DNA of 64,000 nucleotides from Mobula hypostoma (GCF_963921235.1 NC_086108.1:61196001-61260000); one strand, 5' to 3'. Numbered from the stretch's first letter, positions 10,581-24,813 are shown. The notes: generated from the letters alone by a model not told the origin. Translations and numbers: made by a program.

Positions 10581-13334
10581 GATATGAATGAAGCGCCTAC
10601 TCCCATAAACTTTCAGAGACACTGCATTCTACCAGGAGCTTTCCTTGGTGAATAACATTTTCATAGCTTCCATTATCCAATGCAGTCATCACCACTGCAG
10701 GAAGACCTTTAATCTCTTGCACCTAGACTTTCAATCTCTAAATGGGGGGGGGGGAAGGGTTTGGTGGTCAAGACAGTCTTGTCTCACAGTTTGCTATGCA
10801 CTGCAACGTTACAGTGGTCACTGAGGTCACAGTGATCTTGTTTTTTGGAAATAGTTAAATACAGTTACATTGATCACAGCAAGAATAGGGGACACCTCAG
10901 GCACTGCGATTTGCCTGCATGATTAACTTTCCGCAGTACAGACAGCCAGTACCTGCTCTCATGTGCCTAAAAGAACTCCTATATCAACCCAAACATGTTC
11001 CTCAATAGAAATGATTTCCAGTTCCTAAATCAACAGGTAGTTGTGGATCTCCAGATATTCCTGATGGTGAAAGCCATGTTTTCCAGGAAGGTACTCAAGC
11101 AACAAAATAATGTGACAAGTATGTTGTGGGGATGGCTCTGCCCAGTGGGCTGGGTCCTGGGGTACAAGGGATGCCTTCTACTCCTCACACCAAATCATGG
11201 CTCTACGCAAGCTTCTGGCACCACTTCCACATGTTTCAGAAAGATGGTGTGAATCCACACTGGTTTTCTGCGCATAAATTCCATCGCTTGCATCAGTCCA
11301 GTGGTGCCCCGCAGAACGTTCAGCAGATGTGGCGACACTGTAGCATGCTTCACGCTGAACAACCTCAGAACCTGAAGACAGTAGCTGGTGCCGGAGGAGC
11401 AGCTGGAGGCTGTGGGGTGGGGTGGAGGTTCAGGCTGAAGGTTAGAAGGACCAAGAGGAAGAGGAAGATGAGGAAAGCTCCCAGGGCATATCCCAGTAAA
11501 ACACTACCAGCCTCATTTCTTGCAGAGTGCAGAACAGGGTTTCACTGCACAGATATTAGGGTACTTTGATAAGGATTCTTCAAATTTATGGACCCCAAAC
11601 AAGTTTACCCACTTACGCACTCCAATCTTCAACACAGTTCATCAGTACTCGGGTTACATGTAATAAATTATCAAGTACTCCACTTTTAGACCATGTGCAC
11701 TGATCATAACACTACAGTCAATTAATCCTGAAATAGTTGGCTCTAACTCACTTATATATTGTGAGGTTAAAATTTTTTGCTGTTTTGCTTAAATGACTGG
11801 GGACTCTCACCTCTGGAGGGGCCATTCTTTACTAGATTCTTTCTATACTGATCCTATCTGATCTCCTGCTCCACCTGACACTCTGCTTGGCAAATCTTAC
11901 TTGATGAGGATTTCCATGTGTCTTTTAGTGAATCTAAGAGCTGTCTTCCTTTCTCTCCTTTGTAAATGCCATAGCTTCACCGGTATTTGACTGCCTTGGG
12001 CAAAGCACCTTCAAAGGGATGAAACCCTTCTCAGACTGGTATGCAGCAAAATTGTCTGAAGCAGCAGGAAACAGAATATGTTCTCTCTGGCATTTGAGCT
12101 TTAGAACGTTTCTGGGTGCAAACCACTCTAAAATTGTTTCAAATATCTCTGGTTAAATTCACAATGTTCTGCAAACTGGATGGACATTAATATTACTTCC
12201 AGTGCCACTATGAACACAAAAATGAGCAGAACCAAATTTCTAGGCATAAATAACAAAACAGGACTCAAGTACTGAAATTATTAATCGCCTGTGTTTCAAT
12301 TAAGAAAAGATGTTATATATGGGACTTGGAACTTTTCATCGATATTTGGCAAGGGTTTATCTAACTTTAATCTCTAATGCGATATATTTTCTTTCAAGTG
12401 TCCTGTACCTTCAACACTTTACTCTTACTTGTTCAGCAAAAACAATGAATTTAAACTTGAATGAGGGAGACGTCAATTATTAATTTTTAAAAATGGTTTG
12501 CTAAAGAAATGAGTGTAGCTCATTTTGAATGTAGCTTTTCAATTGTAGCTGACCTCTACTTGAAGCTTCCAACACCCAAAGGTTTTTAAAACAGGTTAAA
12601 ATCGTTTCAGCCATAAAGCCCTTTACTAAAGAATGATTTTCATATGTTAATTAGATAGCCGCTTCCTGCAACGCGCTTCTTGAAGCGTAGTTCAGATGGT
12701 AGAGGTGAATTCAATTTGACTGCCTTTCCCTTTAAGATGAAATACTAAAATAAAACTAACAAAAATAGTGGGTTTAAGTGAGAGTCAGCCCTAATCCTGT
12801 AGATGGGATTGAACTGTTTGATTGAATTGCTGGCTTTGCCCAGTGTATTTTACAAAAGAAAATCACTAATACCACCTATCAAGGTCAGGCACATATTTGT
12901 CTTTCTAGAGGATTATATTCTTTAAGGTGTTACTCGATTTGAGCTTTTGAAGGATTGTGAAACACAGCCAGTGTTAGATCAACTCAGACTATCAGAAGAC
13001 TCATCAGAAGGTGGGTCTTCTCGTACATTTGGAATCGATCATCAGGACACTGACTGTATGAACTGAACAGTTTTAAAGCTGATAGACAGTGTTAGTGAAA
13101 ACCCGACTGACTTCTGCTAACATTTTTAGACTCAGTTTCCAGATTTTACTGTTAGAGAGTTTAACCAAAGGTTGCATCTTCTATGTTTTCCCATCCATTG
13201 AATGTGCAACTAAATAATCTTACTCTGTGTACCCAAGCCTTTGTGATTTGTTCAGTCAGTGGGCAGGGCTCCCTATTTGTCTTGCAAAAAGAATAATGCT
13301 GTCCCGTTGTTTTGGATTTGGTTTCTTTGACTGT

Positions 13335-13585
13335 ACCAGGTGTCTGTAAGGAGTTTATACGTTCTCCCCATGACCGCATGGGTTTCCTCTGCGTGCTCCG
13401 GTTTCTTTCCACATTCCAAGGACCTACGGCTAGGTTTAGTAAATTGTGGGCATGCTATGTTGGTGCCAAAAATATGGTGAAACTTGCTGCCTGCCCCAGC
13501 ACAATCCTCGCTGATTTGATTTGATGCAAATGACGCTTTTCACTGAATGTTTTGATGTACATGTGACAAATAAAGCTAATCTCTT
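13335..13585 (+). mobile_element. V-SINE, 5' truncated
   Basis: V-domain GGAGTTTATACGTTCTCCCCATGACCGCATGGGTTTCCTC and tail GTGACAAATAAAGCTAATC. Confidence 0.75.
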
Positions 13586-15229
13586 TGAAGAAATAGCCCA
13601 TTTAATTAAGGTACATGTCCAAAGGATAGCTAGTTGGTAGGTTAATTGATGCTGTAAATTGTCCTAATGTTGTTGGGTGTTAGGAGAATCAGGATGGAGT
13701 TGGTTGGCAATTGGCTATAGGGAGATATGTTACAGTATAATTGGTCTGATGAGTGTGCTGCGAAAACTGACATTGATTCAATGAACTGAGTGTCATAAGA
13801 GAATGCTAGAAAACTGTTCAAAAGAAGAACATGCGTTTCAATTAAGTCATTGGGTGGTGGTGGCAAATTGGTAAATCGGATTAGTGTTGTCACATGTACC
13901 GAGGTACAGAGGAAAGCTTTGCTTTGCATGCCACCTATACAGATCATTTCAAAGCAACAGTGCACTGAGGCAATGCAAGGCAAGTCAATAGCAGAATATA
14001 GAATGAGATGTTACAGTAACAGACAAAGGGTGGTGCAGACAGACAATAAGGTGCAAGGCCATAACAAGGTAGACTGTGAGGTCTTACTTTACTAGGGTAA
14101 ACTAACCTTGAGCCTGTGGCATGTTCTTTCAAAACAGCTGGTCTTATCATGGGATATAGAAGTCATAAATTCTCCAAGTGTTTCCAGCCAAAGTATAATT
14201 TGGGAATGTGGCATTGCCTTGTTGCCAAATAGCACATAGCAAGATCCCAACAGCAATGTTGAAACTAATAAACAAATTACTTGTTCTCGGTGGTGTTGTT
14301 TGGATAGATTTTCTTTAAATAATGCTGTACAGTTTTCGCATCTATCTCTGTCATGCAGAATCCCCTCATTATTACACCCCCTTTCCCCTATTTTCTCCAG
14401 TTACAAACCCCTGAGTTATCTGTGCTCCTCTAAAATTCCCAATAGTCTCAGAATTAAAAGCCTCAGTTTGAAATTCCCTTTCTAACTTCCATTTTCTCCT
14501 TTAAAACACGCCATTAAACTTCTATTTTTGACCAAGCTTTTTGGCATTTGTCCTATCATCACATGTGGTTGGGTGTCAAATTTTACTTGATGACACATGA
14601 GTAGCTTGCTACATTAAATGTGCTTTATAAACACATTATTCTTGTTGAATAGAGTATCTAGTACAACAGTGGGGTGCACAGAAACAATGTACTACTCACA
14701 TGAATTCTGTTAGTTACTGTGGTTTTCACCTTCTCCCTGCAATCTGCTCTTCATCTCACAGTCACTTATCTTGAACAGTTTTAAGATTTTGCATTTTGCA
14801 GGATCAAATTGGTAAAATTTGGTTGTGGCTACAAATGCCTTAAAATGATTGCACTGATGTGGGATATGAATTCACTACTTTCAGCCTCAGAGCCAACAGT
14901 ATTAACAGACATCAATTTCAAATTGAAATAGCTGTTGATCTGGATAGAGATGGCCAACCCCCCATGTCATTGATAAAATCAACCACCCATTTCATGCACA
15001 GATATCTCAGTAATGGTAACTCAGTTTAGTAAATTTCAATCATTGGGGTTACTGCAACTACAGTGTATTAGATTTGCTCCTTACTTTAGCCAAAGCATCT
15101 CATGTTCTGCTAAGCTGGTTCACCATAATTAACAAAATAACAAAACAGGAAAGAAAATAAATCATTTGGTCTTCATAACGGAAAAGACGATTGGAAGACC
15201 ATCTTCAAAAGGCTCAAAAAAGTGGGATG

Positions 15230-15495
15230 CATCACTGAGGAACTCCGTCAGTCTGGAACACCCTCTTCTCATTACTACCATTAGGAAGGAGGTACAGGAG
15301 CCCGAAGACACACACTCAATATTTTAGGAGCAGTTTGTTCCCCTCCACCATCAGGTTTTTGAATGGTCCGTGAATTCCTGAACACTACCTCGCTATCTTG
15401 CTCTTTTTACAATATTTATTTAGTTACTTTTCTATGCCATAAAACAACAAACTTCATGACATATGTTAGTGATAATAAACCTGAGTCTGATTTGG
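15230..15495 (+). mobile_element. Rex1-type LINE 3' fragment
   Basis: LFSLLPLGRRYRS motif and tail GATAATAAACCTGAGTCTGA. Confidence 0.65.
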
Positions 15496-15848
15496 AACTA
15501 AGAAGCACTAACGGGAAACAGTCTTAAAATATTTTTGAACCTGGTGAATGCCTAATTGTCATCTAAGTTTTCTCAGTTAGTGGAAGATTTTACTTGTTAC
15601 ATTCAAATGATTAATATTTCAATGAGTAAAACAATGAATTCTAGTATATGTATCAACAAAAGATTATTGAAAATCCAGACTGTTGCTTTATCCCATTGTC
15701 AAAAACCAATATGACAATCCCATTAACATTCCAATATTGATTGTATTTATTGAAAATATTTAGATCTCAACTTCAGCAAGAAAGTAAATCCAGACAGATT
15801 TATTTATTTATTTTTAAATGAGAAATAGATCTATGTTATTCAATTTAC

Positions 15849-15887
15849 CTGATAGACGGGATCCTCTACATCTTCCTCCAAAATTGT
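15849..15887 (-). CDS. DAB1: DAB1 39-nt exon (exon 7 equivalent), Y198
   Basis: CAG/GTAAA with long polypyrimidine tract; TILEEDVEDPVYQ, as in mammalian DAB1. Confidence 0.96.
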
Positions 15888-16324
15888 CTGAATTAGAATT
15901 AAACAGAAATGTAAAGAGAGAGAGAAAATCAGCACAAGCATAAGCAAATGTTGTTTGGGAAAGCCAAGGTTACAGAATTTGTGAAGTAAAAGAGAAGCAA
16001 TTATTGATATATTGTAGTCAATTAAAATAGTTCATTTCTGGATTAGTGGTCAGAAAAATTGAAACAAACATAGATCTTAAGGATAATTTCTCTTTAATTT
16101 TGTTTCCTTTCGTCTAATCATTATAAATGATGCAAAGACAACCCCAGATCAAGTAACCATGCTTAACAAAACATGGGTTCCAAAACTAAACAAAAACAGT
16201 GCTTCATGTAACATTGGGAGAAAAATCTCAACTATACGGGTTCACTAATTAACATTCCATTCTTAGCCTCTGCAAGCGAGACTTCCCATTGAATACAATT
16301 ATAGCATTGATCTAAAATGGACAG

Positions 16325-17217
16325 TGTGACGAGAATACACATTAAGATGAAAATTAAGATGTTTGCTGGCCTGGGCTAGCACCAGTGGCATCAGCAGTTG
16401 GTCTGCCACCTGTCCTCAGGGGAGGGAGAGATAAGGAACACAATGAAGCAGCATTTGGAGATGTTAATGAAGGAGCCATCAGTCTGGGTATTGTCAAGAT
16501 CGGCTCCCCCTTTGACCCCTGAACTGTTTGAAGTGTGATGGACAGGCGATACCCCAGCAGGGGGATAAAAAGGGACAGGTTCGCTAAGGCAGGACACACA
16601 CGACACCACGAGGTAACGAGACCCTGGAAGCGGTGCCCCCCCACAAGTCGGCGGGAGTCATTAAGAAGGCTGGTTGCGGAACCAAGCCATAGACACACAG
16701 GGTGGAAAGGTACGATCAGCGGGAACCCGGTGTGTGTCCACCCTTGCTTGGGTGTCAGGTTCACTGCAGAGGATCGACCGCATCTGGAGGAGGGGTCACA
16801 GTCGGTGACCTCAGGTGACATCACAAAGGACTCGCCCGAAAGCTGCTTGTGAGCAATATCGCAGGTCTGGGAGTGGAAGCCGTTTTGAATGATTATTCGT
16901 TCTTGTTCTCTCTCTCCTTCCCCCACGTTGTCCATCGCCACGGCAACGATTACTGCGAACTGAACTAAATTGGACTGAACTTTGCGTCACTTTGAAATTG
17001 GTCATTTACCCCTAGACAACGATAGAGCTTGATTGATCCTGTTATCTTAATTCTGTGCACATGTGTGTTTATCATTGCTGAACTGTCGCATTTATTATCC
17101 TTTCGATCACTGTGTTGCTTGTTTCTTTAATAAAACTTTCTTAGTTCTAGTACTCCAGACTCCAACTGAGTGATCCATTTCTGCTGGTTTGGCAACCCAG
17201 TTACGGGGTACGTAACA
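16325..17217 (+). mobile_element. Solo LTR of the same Gypsy family
   Basis: TGTGAC...GTAACA, ACAG TSD on both sides, colinear with the LTRs at 1384 and 5354. Confidence 0.95.
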
Positions 17218-17699
17218 ACAGTAAGAATCCATTCAGAGCTAGATTGAGATAATCAGGATTCTTGACATGCCTTCATAATGAAAGTCCTTAATATCATCTT
17301 TTCAAATTATGTCCAAACATAGGATCAGTGGAAAGCAACAGAATAATTTTAAATACTTCTTCCGATTGAAGTTTAGCATGAAGTTCAATTTTTCAAAATA
17401 GAATCCATTGGTACAAGATGGCTATTGTTTTTTTTTGCCATGTTTGCATTCCTGCCCAGACATCCTGACTGAGGTAAAATTTACTGGAATGATGTGGCAA
17501 AACAGCTGCTTTTACATTTTATCTTTGACTACTAATATGAAGATTATGGGAGCAATGAACAACCAAAGAATTGTCTAGACTGGTATAGACACATGCCAGT
17601 CGAAAAACTGACCTTTTAGAAATTGAAAAATTGCACGTCTGCTGGGAAATTGAGGTGGACCAAAGGAAGCTGTCCCACTTAGGGCATTTTTCAGGAAAT

Positions 17700-18060
17700 T
17701 TATTTTCTGATGATTCCCCCCCCCCCCCACTTCCCTCTTTTTCTATTCCCTACTCTGGCCTCTTACTTCTCCTCACCTGCCTATCACCTTCCCCTGGTGC
17801 CCCTGCTTCTTGCCTTTCTCCCATGGTCTATTCTCCTCTCCTATCAGATTCCTTCCTCTCCAACCTTTTACCTTTCCCACCCAGCTGGCTTCACCTATCA
17901 CCTTCTAGCTAGTATTCCTCTCCCCCCACCATTTTGTTCTGGCATCTCCCCTTCCTTTTCAGTTCTGAAGAAAGGTCTTGGCTTGAGACATTGACTGTTT
18001 ATTCAGTTCCATAGATATTGCCTGACCTGCTGATATCCTCCAGCATTGTGTGTGTGTTGT
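17700..18060 (+). mobile_element. Penelope-like 3' region
   Basis: Pyrimidine-rich body, decayed hammerhead near 17960-17997, CTGACCTGCTGA...CCAGCATT module. Confidence 0.75.
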
Positions 18061-18267
18061 TCCAGGAAACTGCTTGGACAGATATTGTGAACCAAATCAA
18101 TGACACCAGATAAATGAAAACAAATATGAGTTTACTGGTGTAAGCAAAGTCAAGTATATTTGCTCTTCACTGAGCAGATCTTGAAAGACCATCAACCATG
18201 GCAGAAAACAAAGGACAATGCTTTCTGAAAATGATTGGAAAATGGAGTGTGCTGTTTGAGATCATCA

Positions 18268-18420
<153 letters not shown>

Positions 18421-18688
18421 CTAACAGTCAAAGTGAAAGAAAATAAGGCATAGTCTGCAAATGGAGACTTTTTTACAATGAGAACAAACAATTTGGCATC
18501 ACTTAACTAATGATTCTAATGATTTGGGTTTAGCACATTTACATTCAGTAAATGACTTTGTCTACCAATCTTCACATCTGAGTATGTATTACAAATTTAA
18601 TTTGGAAGGCAGTAGTGAACAATGGATTCCTAGAAAGCCAGGCCAGACAGTGCTGATTAAAATTCACTTGGATGTCTGCGGTGTGAAG

Positions 18689-18864
18689 GAGGAAGGAATC
18701 TGATAGGAGAGGAGAATGGACCATGGGAGAAAGGCGAGAAGCAGGGGCACCAGGGGAAGGTGATAGGCAGGTGAGGAGAAGTAAGAGGCCAGAGTAGGGA
18801 ATAGAAAAAGAGGGAAGTGGCGGGGGAGGGGGGAAATCATCAGAAAATAAATTTCCTGGAAAAT
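18689..18864 (-). repeat. Inverted copy of 17686-17858
   Basis: Reverse complement nearly identical to 17686-17858. Confidence 0.95.
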
Positions 18865-19203
18865 CAGGAGGTGTGAAGTTTGAGTGTTGTTTCAAAGAAA
18901 CCATTGTCATGTGTTTAGCACATAAAATATTGAGCCCCTCTTGGGCCAGCCTGACCCTTCAACCAAAAGCATCTCCATATGATGCCTGCTGTCTCTTGTT
19001 TTGTCAAATAAGGAAGCTGCTTCGTATCTACCAGTACTTTTCTCAAAGCCTTCATTCACCCAACAACAATGATATACATATATTATTAAAGAAACACAGT
19101 GTACAACCAATGGTTGTTATCCACTAAACATAATGTTTTAATTATTTTCAGATGATTTCCTTTGACATGATCTACAAAAGCACATGCTCAAAGTTTTACT
19201 CAC

Positions 19204-19335
19204 CGCTTGGGATGTCTTTATTGCTACAAACCGATGATTTCCTTCTTTGCCACAGATATAGCCAAAGGCGCGATGGTCAGTAATATCCTTAGCAATGTAT
19301 GATACTTCATGAACTGCATGGTGATGCTGCATAGC
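19204..19335 (-). CDS. DAB1: DAB1 coding exon (exon 5 equivalent), PTB domain
   Basis: 132 nt, [55 protein letters not shown]1-type rather than DAB2-type. Confidence 0.97.
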
Positions 19336-20279
19336 CTACAACAATAAACACAGTAATATGTATAGAAGAAATGCAATATGCCAAAGAAATGTATGACGGC
19401 AGGTCTGGCCATTATTTGGTTGTTTAATGTCATCCTTCAGTATATTTAGATGTTGGTTTGCATGTTGGATTCATATTCTTTGCTGAACTAATAGATTGAT
19501 GCATATTTGATCAGTAGATAGGGAAGACCAATCGAAAGGGTAGGAACTTCTGGATTGCCACCTGTGCCACACGCCAGTGAGGGGAGAACCAGGATAATTT
19601 GGCAGATAGATGCGTGGCTGAGAAACCGGTGCAGGGGGCACGGCTTCAGGTTCTTGGATCATTGGGATCTCTTCTGGGGGAGGTATGACCTGTACAAAAG
19701 TGACGGGTTGCACCTGAATCTGAGGGGGACCAATATTCTCGCGGGCAGGTTTGTTAGAGCTGTTGGGGAGGGTTTAAACTGATTTGACAGGGATGTGGGA
19801 TCCAGAGTGAAGCGACTCAGTACAGGATGGATGGTAAAAAAGCAAATATAGCATGCAGTCAGACTTTCAGGAAAGGCAGGCAGATGATAGAACAAAATTG
19901 CAGCTAGCATGGTGAGTATCAGTGCATTCAGGATGCAGGATCAAAAAGGGCAGCAAATACAGCACTCAAAATGTTATATCTCAATGCATGGAGTGTAAAA
20001 AAAAGATCATGTTGCTCTGTTACAGATCGTCAGGTATGATGTTGTGGCCATCACTGACTCATGGTGAAAGGATGGTTGTAGTTGGGAACTGAATGTCCAA
20101 GGTGTTGTATTGGAGGGTGAGGAAGATAGGCAGAGGGGTTGGCGTGGCTCCGTAGGTAAAGAATGGCATGAAATCAGTGGAAAGGTGTGACACAGGATTG
20201 GAAGATGTTGAATTCTTGTGGGCTGAGTTAAGAAATTGCAAGGGTAAAAGGACCCTGATGGCAGTTATATACTGTACCG

Positions 20280-20468
20280 CAGTGGACCCCAGCCTCCGGG
20301 CTGTGGACCGACACATTGCCGCGAAGAATGCAGTGGTGCAGCGGTGGCTGGAATGCACCCAGCACATCTTTAAGAAAAAAGCCGAAATGAACAAGCTAAT
20401 TTATTAGGTACCACCCGGCATGTAAATGTCGGCCCAGATCAGAGGCGTTTGCCGATTGCGTCGCCTCT
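20280..20468. mobile_element. hAT (Charlie-like) MITE, one end
   Basis: CAGTGGACCCCAGCCTCCGGGC terminus resembling CAGTGGTCCCCAACC hAT TIRs; second end at 24767-24813. Confidence 0.6.
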
Positions 20469-21964
20469 GATGACAACAGAGCAGCAATGACTTGAGTTTC
20501 TGAGAAAAATGAGGAAAGTGCGGGATAGGTGTATTCCAAAAACAAAGAAATACTCAAATGGCAAAATAGTACAACTGTGGCTGATAAGGGAAGCAAAGCT
20601 AATGTAAAAACGAAAGAGAGGGCATACAACAAAGCAAAAATCAGCAGGACGATAGAGGATTGGGAAACTTCTAAAAACCTACAGAAAGCAACTGAAAGAA
20701 TCATTAGGAGGGAAAAGATGAAATATGAAAGCAAACTAGCAAACAATATTGAGGTTGATAGCAAAAGCTTTTTCAAGTATATAAAAAATAAGAGAGTTAA
20801 GAGTGGATATGGGACTGCTGGAGAAATAATAATGGGGTCAAAGAGATGACAGATGAACTAAATGAGTATTTTGCATCAGACTTGACTGTGGAAGACACTA
20901 GCAGTGTGCAAGGTGTTGAAGGGTGTGAGGGAAGAGAAGTGAGTGCAGTTACTATTACAAGAGAGAAGGTGCTCAAAAAGCTGAAAGACCTAACGGTACA
21001 CAAGTCACCCAGACCAGATGAACTGTACCCTAAGGTTCTAAAAGAGTTAGCAATAGAGATTATGGAGGCATTAGTAATGATCTTTCAAGAATCAATGGAC
21101 TGGCATGGTGTCAGAAGACTAGAAAATTGCAAATGTCATTCCATTCTTTAAGAAAGGAGGAAGGCAGCAGGAAGGAAATTGTAGACCCATTAGCCAGACC
21201 TCAGTGGTTGGGAAGATCTTGGAGTCAATTGTTAAAGATGAGGTTATGGAGTACCTGGTGACACAGGACAAGATAGGACAAAGTCAGCATGGTTTCCTTA
21301 AGGGAAAATCTTATTTGACAAAGCTGATGGAATTCTTTGAGGAGATTTCACGTAGGATAGATAAAGGGAAAGTAGAGGATGTTGTATATTTGAAATTTCA
21401 GAAGGCCTTTGACAAGGTGCCACACATGAAACTGCTTACCAACGTAAGAGTCGATGGTATTACAGCGTATTTACTGGCATGGTTAGAGCATTGGCTGATT
21501 GGTAGGAGGCAGTGAGTGGGAATAAAAGGATTCTTTTCTGCCAGTCAGCGACTAGTGGTGTTGCACTGGGGTTGGTGTTGGGAGTGCTTTTTTTAAACGC
21601 TGTATATCAATAATTTAGATGATGGAATAGATGGCTTTGTTGTCAAGTTTACAGATGATATGAAGATTGCTGGAGGGCAGGTAGTGTTGAGGAAACAGGA
21701 AGGCTGCCGAAGGACTTGGACTGATTAGGAGAATGAGCAAGAAATTGCAAATGAAATACATTGTTGGAAAATGCATGGTCATGCACTTTGGTTGCAGAAA
21801 TAAATATGCAGACTATTTTCTAAATGGGAAGAAAATCCAAAAATCTGAGTTGCAAAGGGACTTAGGAGTTCTTGTGCAGGACATCCTAAAGGTTAACTTG
21901 CAAGTTGAGTTAGTGGTGAAGAAGGGAAATGCAATATTAGCACACATTTCAAGAGGACTAGAAT

Positions 21965-23124
21965 ATAAGAACTAAGAAATTGGAGCAGGAGTAGGCCATC
22001 TGGCCCCTTGATCCTGCTCAGCAATTCAATAAGATTATGGCTGATCTGACCATGGACACATCTCCAACTACCTGCCTTTTCCCCATAACCCTTAATTCCC
22101 CTAGTATGCAAATCTCTACCTAACCTTGTCTTAAATATATTTACTGAGGTAGCCTCCAGTGCTTCATTGGGCAGAGAATTCTACAGATCCACCACTCTCT
22201 GGGAAAAGCAGTTCCTCCTCATCTCCATCCTAAATCTAGTTCCAGAATCTTGAGGCTATGTTCCCCAGTTCTAGTCTCACCTACCAGTGGAATCAACTTC
22301 CTTTCCTCTTTCTTATCTATCCCTTTCATAATTTTATGTTTCTATAAGATCTCCTCTCATTCTAATGAATGCTAGCAAGTATAGTCGCAGGCAACTCAAT
22401 CTCTCCTGATAGTCTAACCCCTTCTTCTCTGGAATCAACCTGGTGAACCTCCTCTGCACTGCCTCCAAAGCAAATATGTCCTTCCTCAAGTAAGGAGACC
22501 ATGACTGCATGCAGTACTCCAGCTGTGGCCTCACTAGTACTCTGTACAGTTTCAACGTAACCTCCCTGCTCTTAAATTCAATCCCACTAGCAATGAAGGC
22601 CAACATTGCATTTGCCTTCTCGATAGTCTGCTGCACCTGTAAATCAATCTTCTGTGATTCATGCACAAGCACTCCCAAGTCCCTCTGCACAGCAGCAAGC
22701 TGCAATCTTTTTTACCATTTAAATCATAATCTGTTCTTTCATTTTCCTTTCAAAGTGGTTGACCTCACATTTACCAACATTGTACTCCATCTGCCAGATC
22801 CTTGCCCACTCACTTAACCTACCTTTAACTCTCTGCAGATTCTCCTTATCTTTTGCACAATTTGCTTTTCCACTCAATTTAGTATCATCAGCAAACTTTG
22901 ATACACTACACTCGGTCCCCTCTTCCAGATCGTTAATGTTTATCATGAACAGTTGCGGGCCCAGCACCGACCCCTGCAGCACATCGCTCACCACTGATTG
23001 CCAACCAGAGTAACACCCGTGCATTACAACTCTCTGCTTTCTATTAGTTAACCAATCCTCTATCCATGCTAATATATCACCCCGAACTCTATGTATTCTT
23101 ATCTTATGAATAAGTCTTTTATGC
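21965..23124 (-). mobile_element. CR1 3' fragment nested in the plus-strand CR1
   Basis: QGSVLGPQLF, SKFADDTK, LVRPQLEYC on minus; host CR1 resumes at GATGTGATGCTG. Confidence 0.9.
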
Positions 23125-23822
23125 AGATGTGATGCTGAAGCTTTATAAGGCATTGGTGAGGCCTCACCTTGAATATTGTGAACAGTTTTGGGCTCCTTAT
23201 CTAAGAAAAGATGTGCTGGCATTGGAGAAGGTTCCGAGGAGGTTCACAAGGATGATTCTGGGAATGAAAGGGTTATCATACGAGGAACGTTTGATGGCTT
23301 TGGGCCTGTACTTGCTGGAATTTAGATGGATGAGGGGAATCTCGTTGAAGCCTTTTGAACGTTGAAAGGTCTCTGCAGAGAAGATGTGTGAAGAATGTTT
23401 CGTATCGTGAGAGAGTCTGGGACAAGAGGGCACAACCTCAGGATCGAGGGGCGTCCATTTAAAACAGAGATGCAGAGAAATTTCTTTAGCCAGAGGGTGG
23501 TGAATTTGTGGAATTTGTTATAGCTGTGGAGGCCAGGTTGTTGGGTGTATTTAAGGCAGGGATTGATAAGTTCTTGATTGGACATGGATGGTATGAAAGA
23601 TTATGGGGAGAAGGCTGGAGAGTGGGGCTGAGGAGGGGAAGAAAGGGTCAGCTATGATAGAATGTGGAGCAGACTTGATGGGCCAAATGACCTAATTCTT
23701 ATGGTTTTATGGACTTGGCACTTTTGTGCTAGAAAGGGAAAAGAAACCCAACTCTTGATTTTCATTGACCGAACTGCACATGTAACAGAATTAATCTCAG
23801 TCATGAGTATGTGCACCACACA

Positions 23823-24813
23823 CAGAATGCTGGGGTGCAGTTCATCTGGTCTGGGTGACTTGTGTACCTTTAGGTCTTTCAGCCTTTGAACACCTTCTCC
23901 TTGTAATAGTAAGTCCACTCACTTCTCTTCCCTCACACCCTCAACACCTGACACACTGCTAGTGTCTTTCACAGTCAAGACTGATGTCATTTAGTTCATC
24001 TGTCATCTCTTTGACCCCATTATTATTTCTCCAGCAGTCCTATATCCACTCTTAACTCTTTCATTTTTTATATACTTGAAAAAGCTTTTGCTATCGACCT
24101 CGATGTTATTTGCTAGCTTGCTTTCATATTTCATTTTTTCCCTCCTAATGACTCTTTCAGTTGCTTTCTGAAGGTTCTTAGAAGCTTCCGAATTCTCTAT
24201 CGTCCTGCTGATTTTTGCTTTGTTGTATGCCCTCTCTTTTGTTTTTACATTAGCTTTGCTTCCCTCGTCAGCCACAGTTGTACTATTTTGCCATGTGAGT
24301 GTTTCTTTGTTTTTGGAATATATCTATCCTGCACCTTCCTTGTTTTTCTCAGAAACTCAAGTCATTGCTGCTCTGTTGTCATCCCTACCAGCATCGCCTT
24401 CCAATTTGCTTTGGCCAACTCTTCTCTCATACCACTGTGATTTGCTTTACTCCACTGAAATAGTGCTGTGTCAGACTTTATTTTCTCCCTATCAAATGTC
24501 TAGTTGAACTCAATCATATTGTGATCACTGCCTCCTAAAGGTTCCTTTACCTGAAGTTCCTAATCACCTCTGGTTCATCATATAACACCCAATCCAGTAT
24601 AGCTGATCGTCTGGATCAACAGATTCCCTCTCTTGAGATCCATTACCAACTTGATTTTCTGATCTACCTGCATATTAAAATATTCCATGACTATCATAAC
24701 TTTTGCCCTTTTGACACACCTTTTCTATTTTCCATTGTAATCTGTAGTACACATCCCAGCTACTGCCTGTGGTCCCCAACCTCCGGGCCGTGGACTGATA
24801 CATTGCCGCGAAG
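23823..24813 (-). mobile_element. Inverted CR1 segment plus MITE end
   Basis: Reverse complement matches 20469-21030 including shared lesions, and supplies the CR1 portion missing from the plus copy. Confidence 0.85.

Larger units (their letters stand above)
19515..23710 (+). mobile_element. CR1 LINE (ORF1 esterase end, ORF2, 3' tail) with nested insertions
   Basis: ORF1 DGLHLN SGNH-type motif, ORF2 SQHGFLKGKS, FQKAFDKV, LYKALVRPHLEYC; interrupted at 20280 and ~21965. Confidence 0.9.

Noticed and set aside
10700..11600. GC-richer stretch with a 147-aa ORF (11126-11569)
   Set aside because: No recognisable domain; may be a very decayed LINE, which I cannot support.
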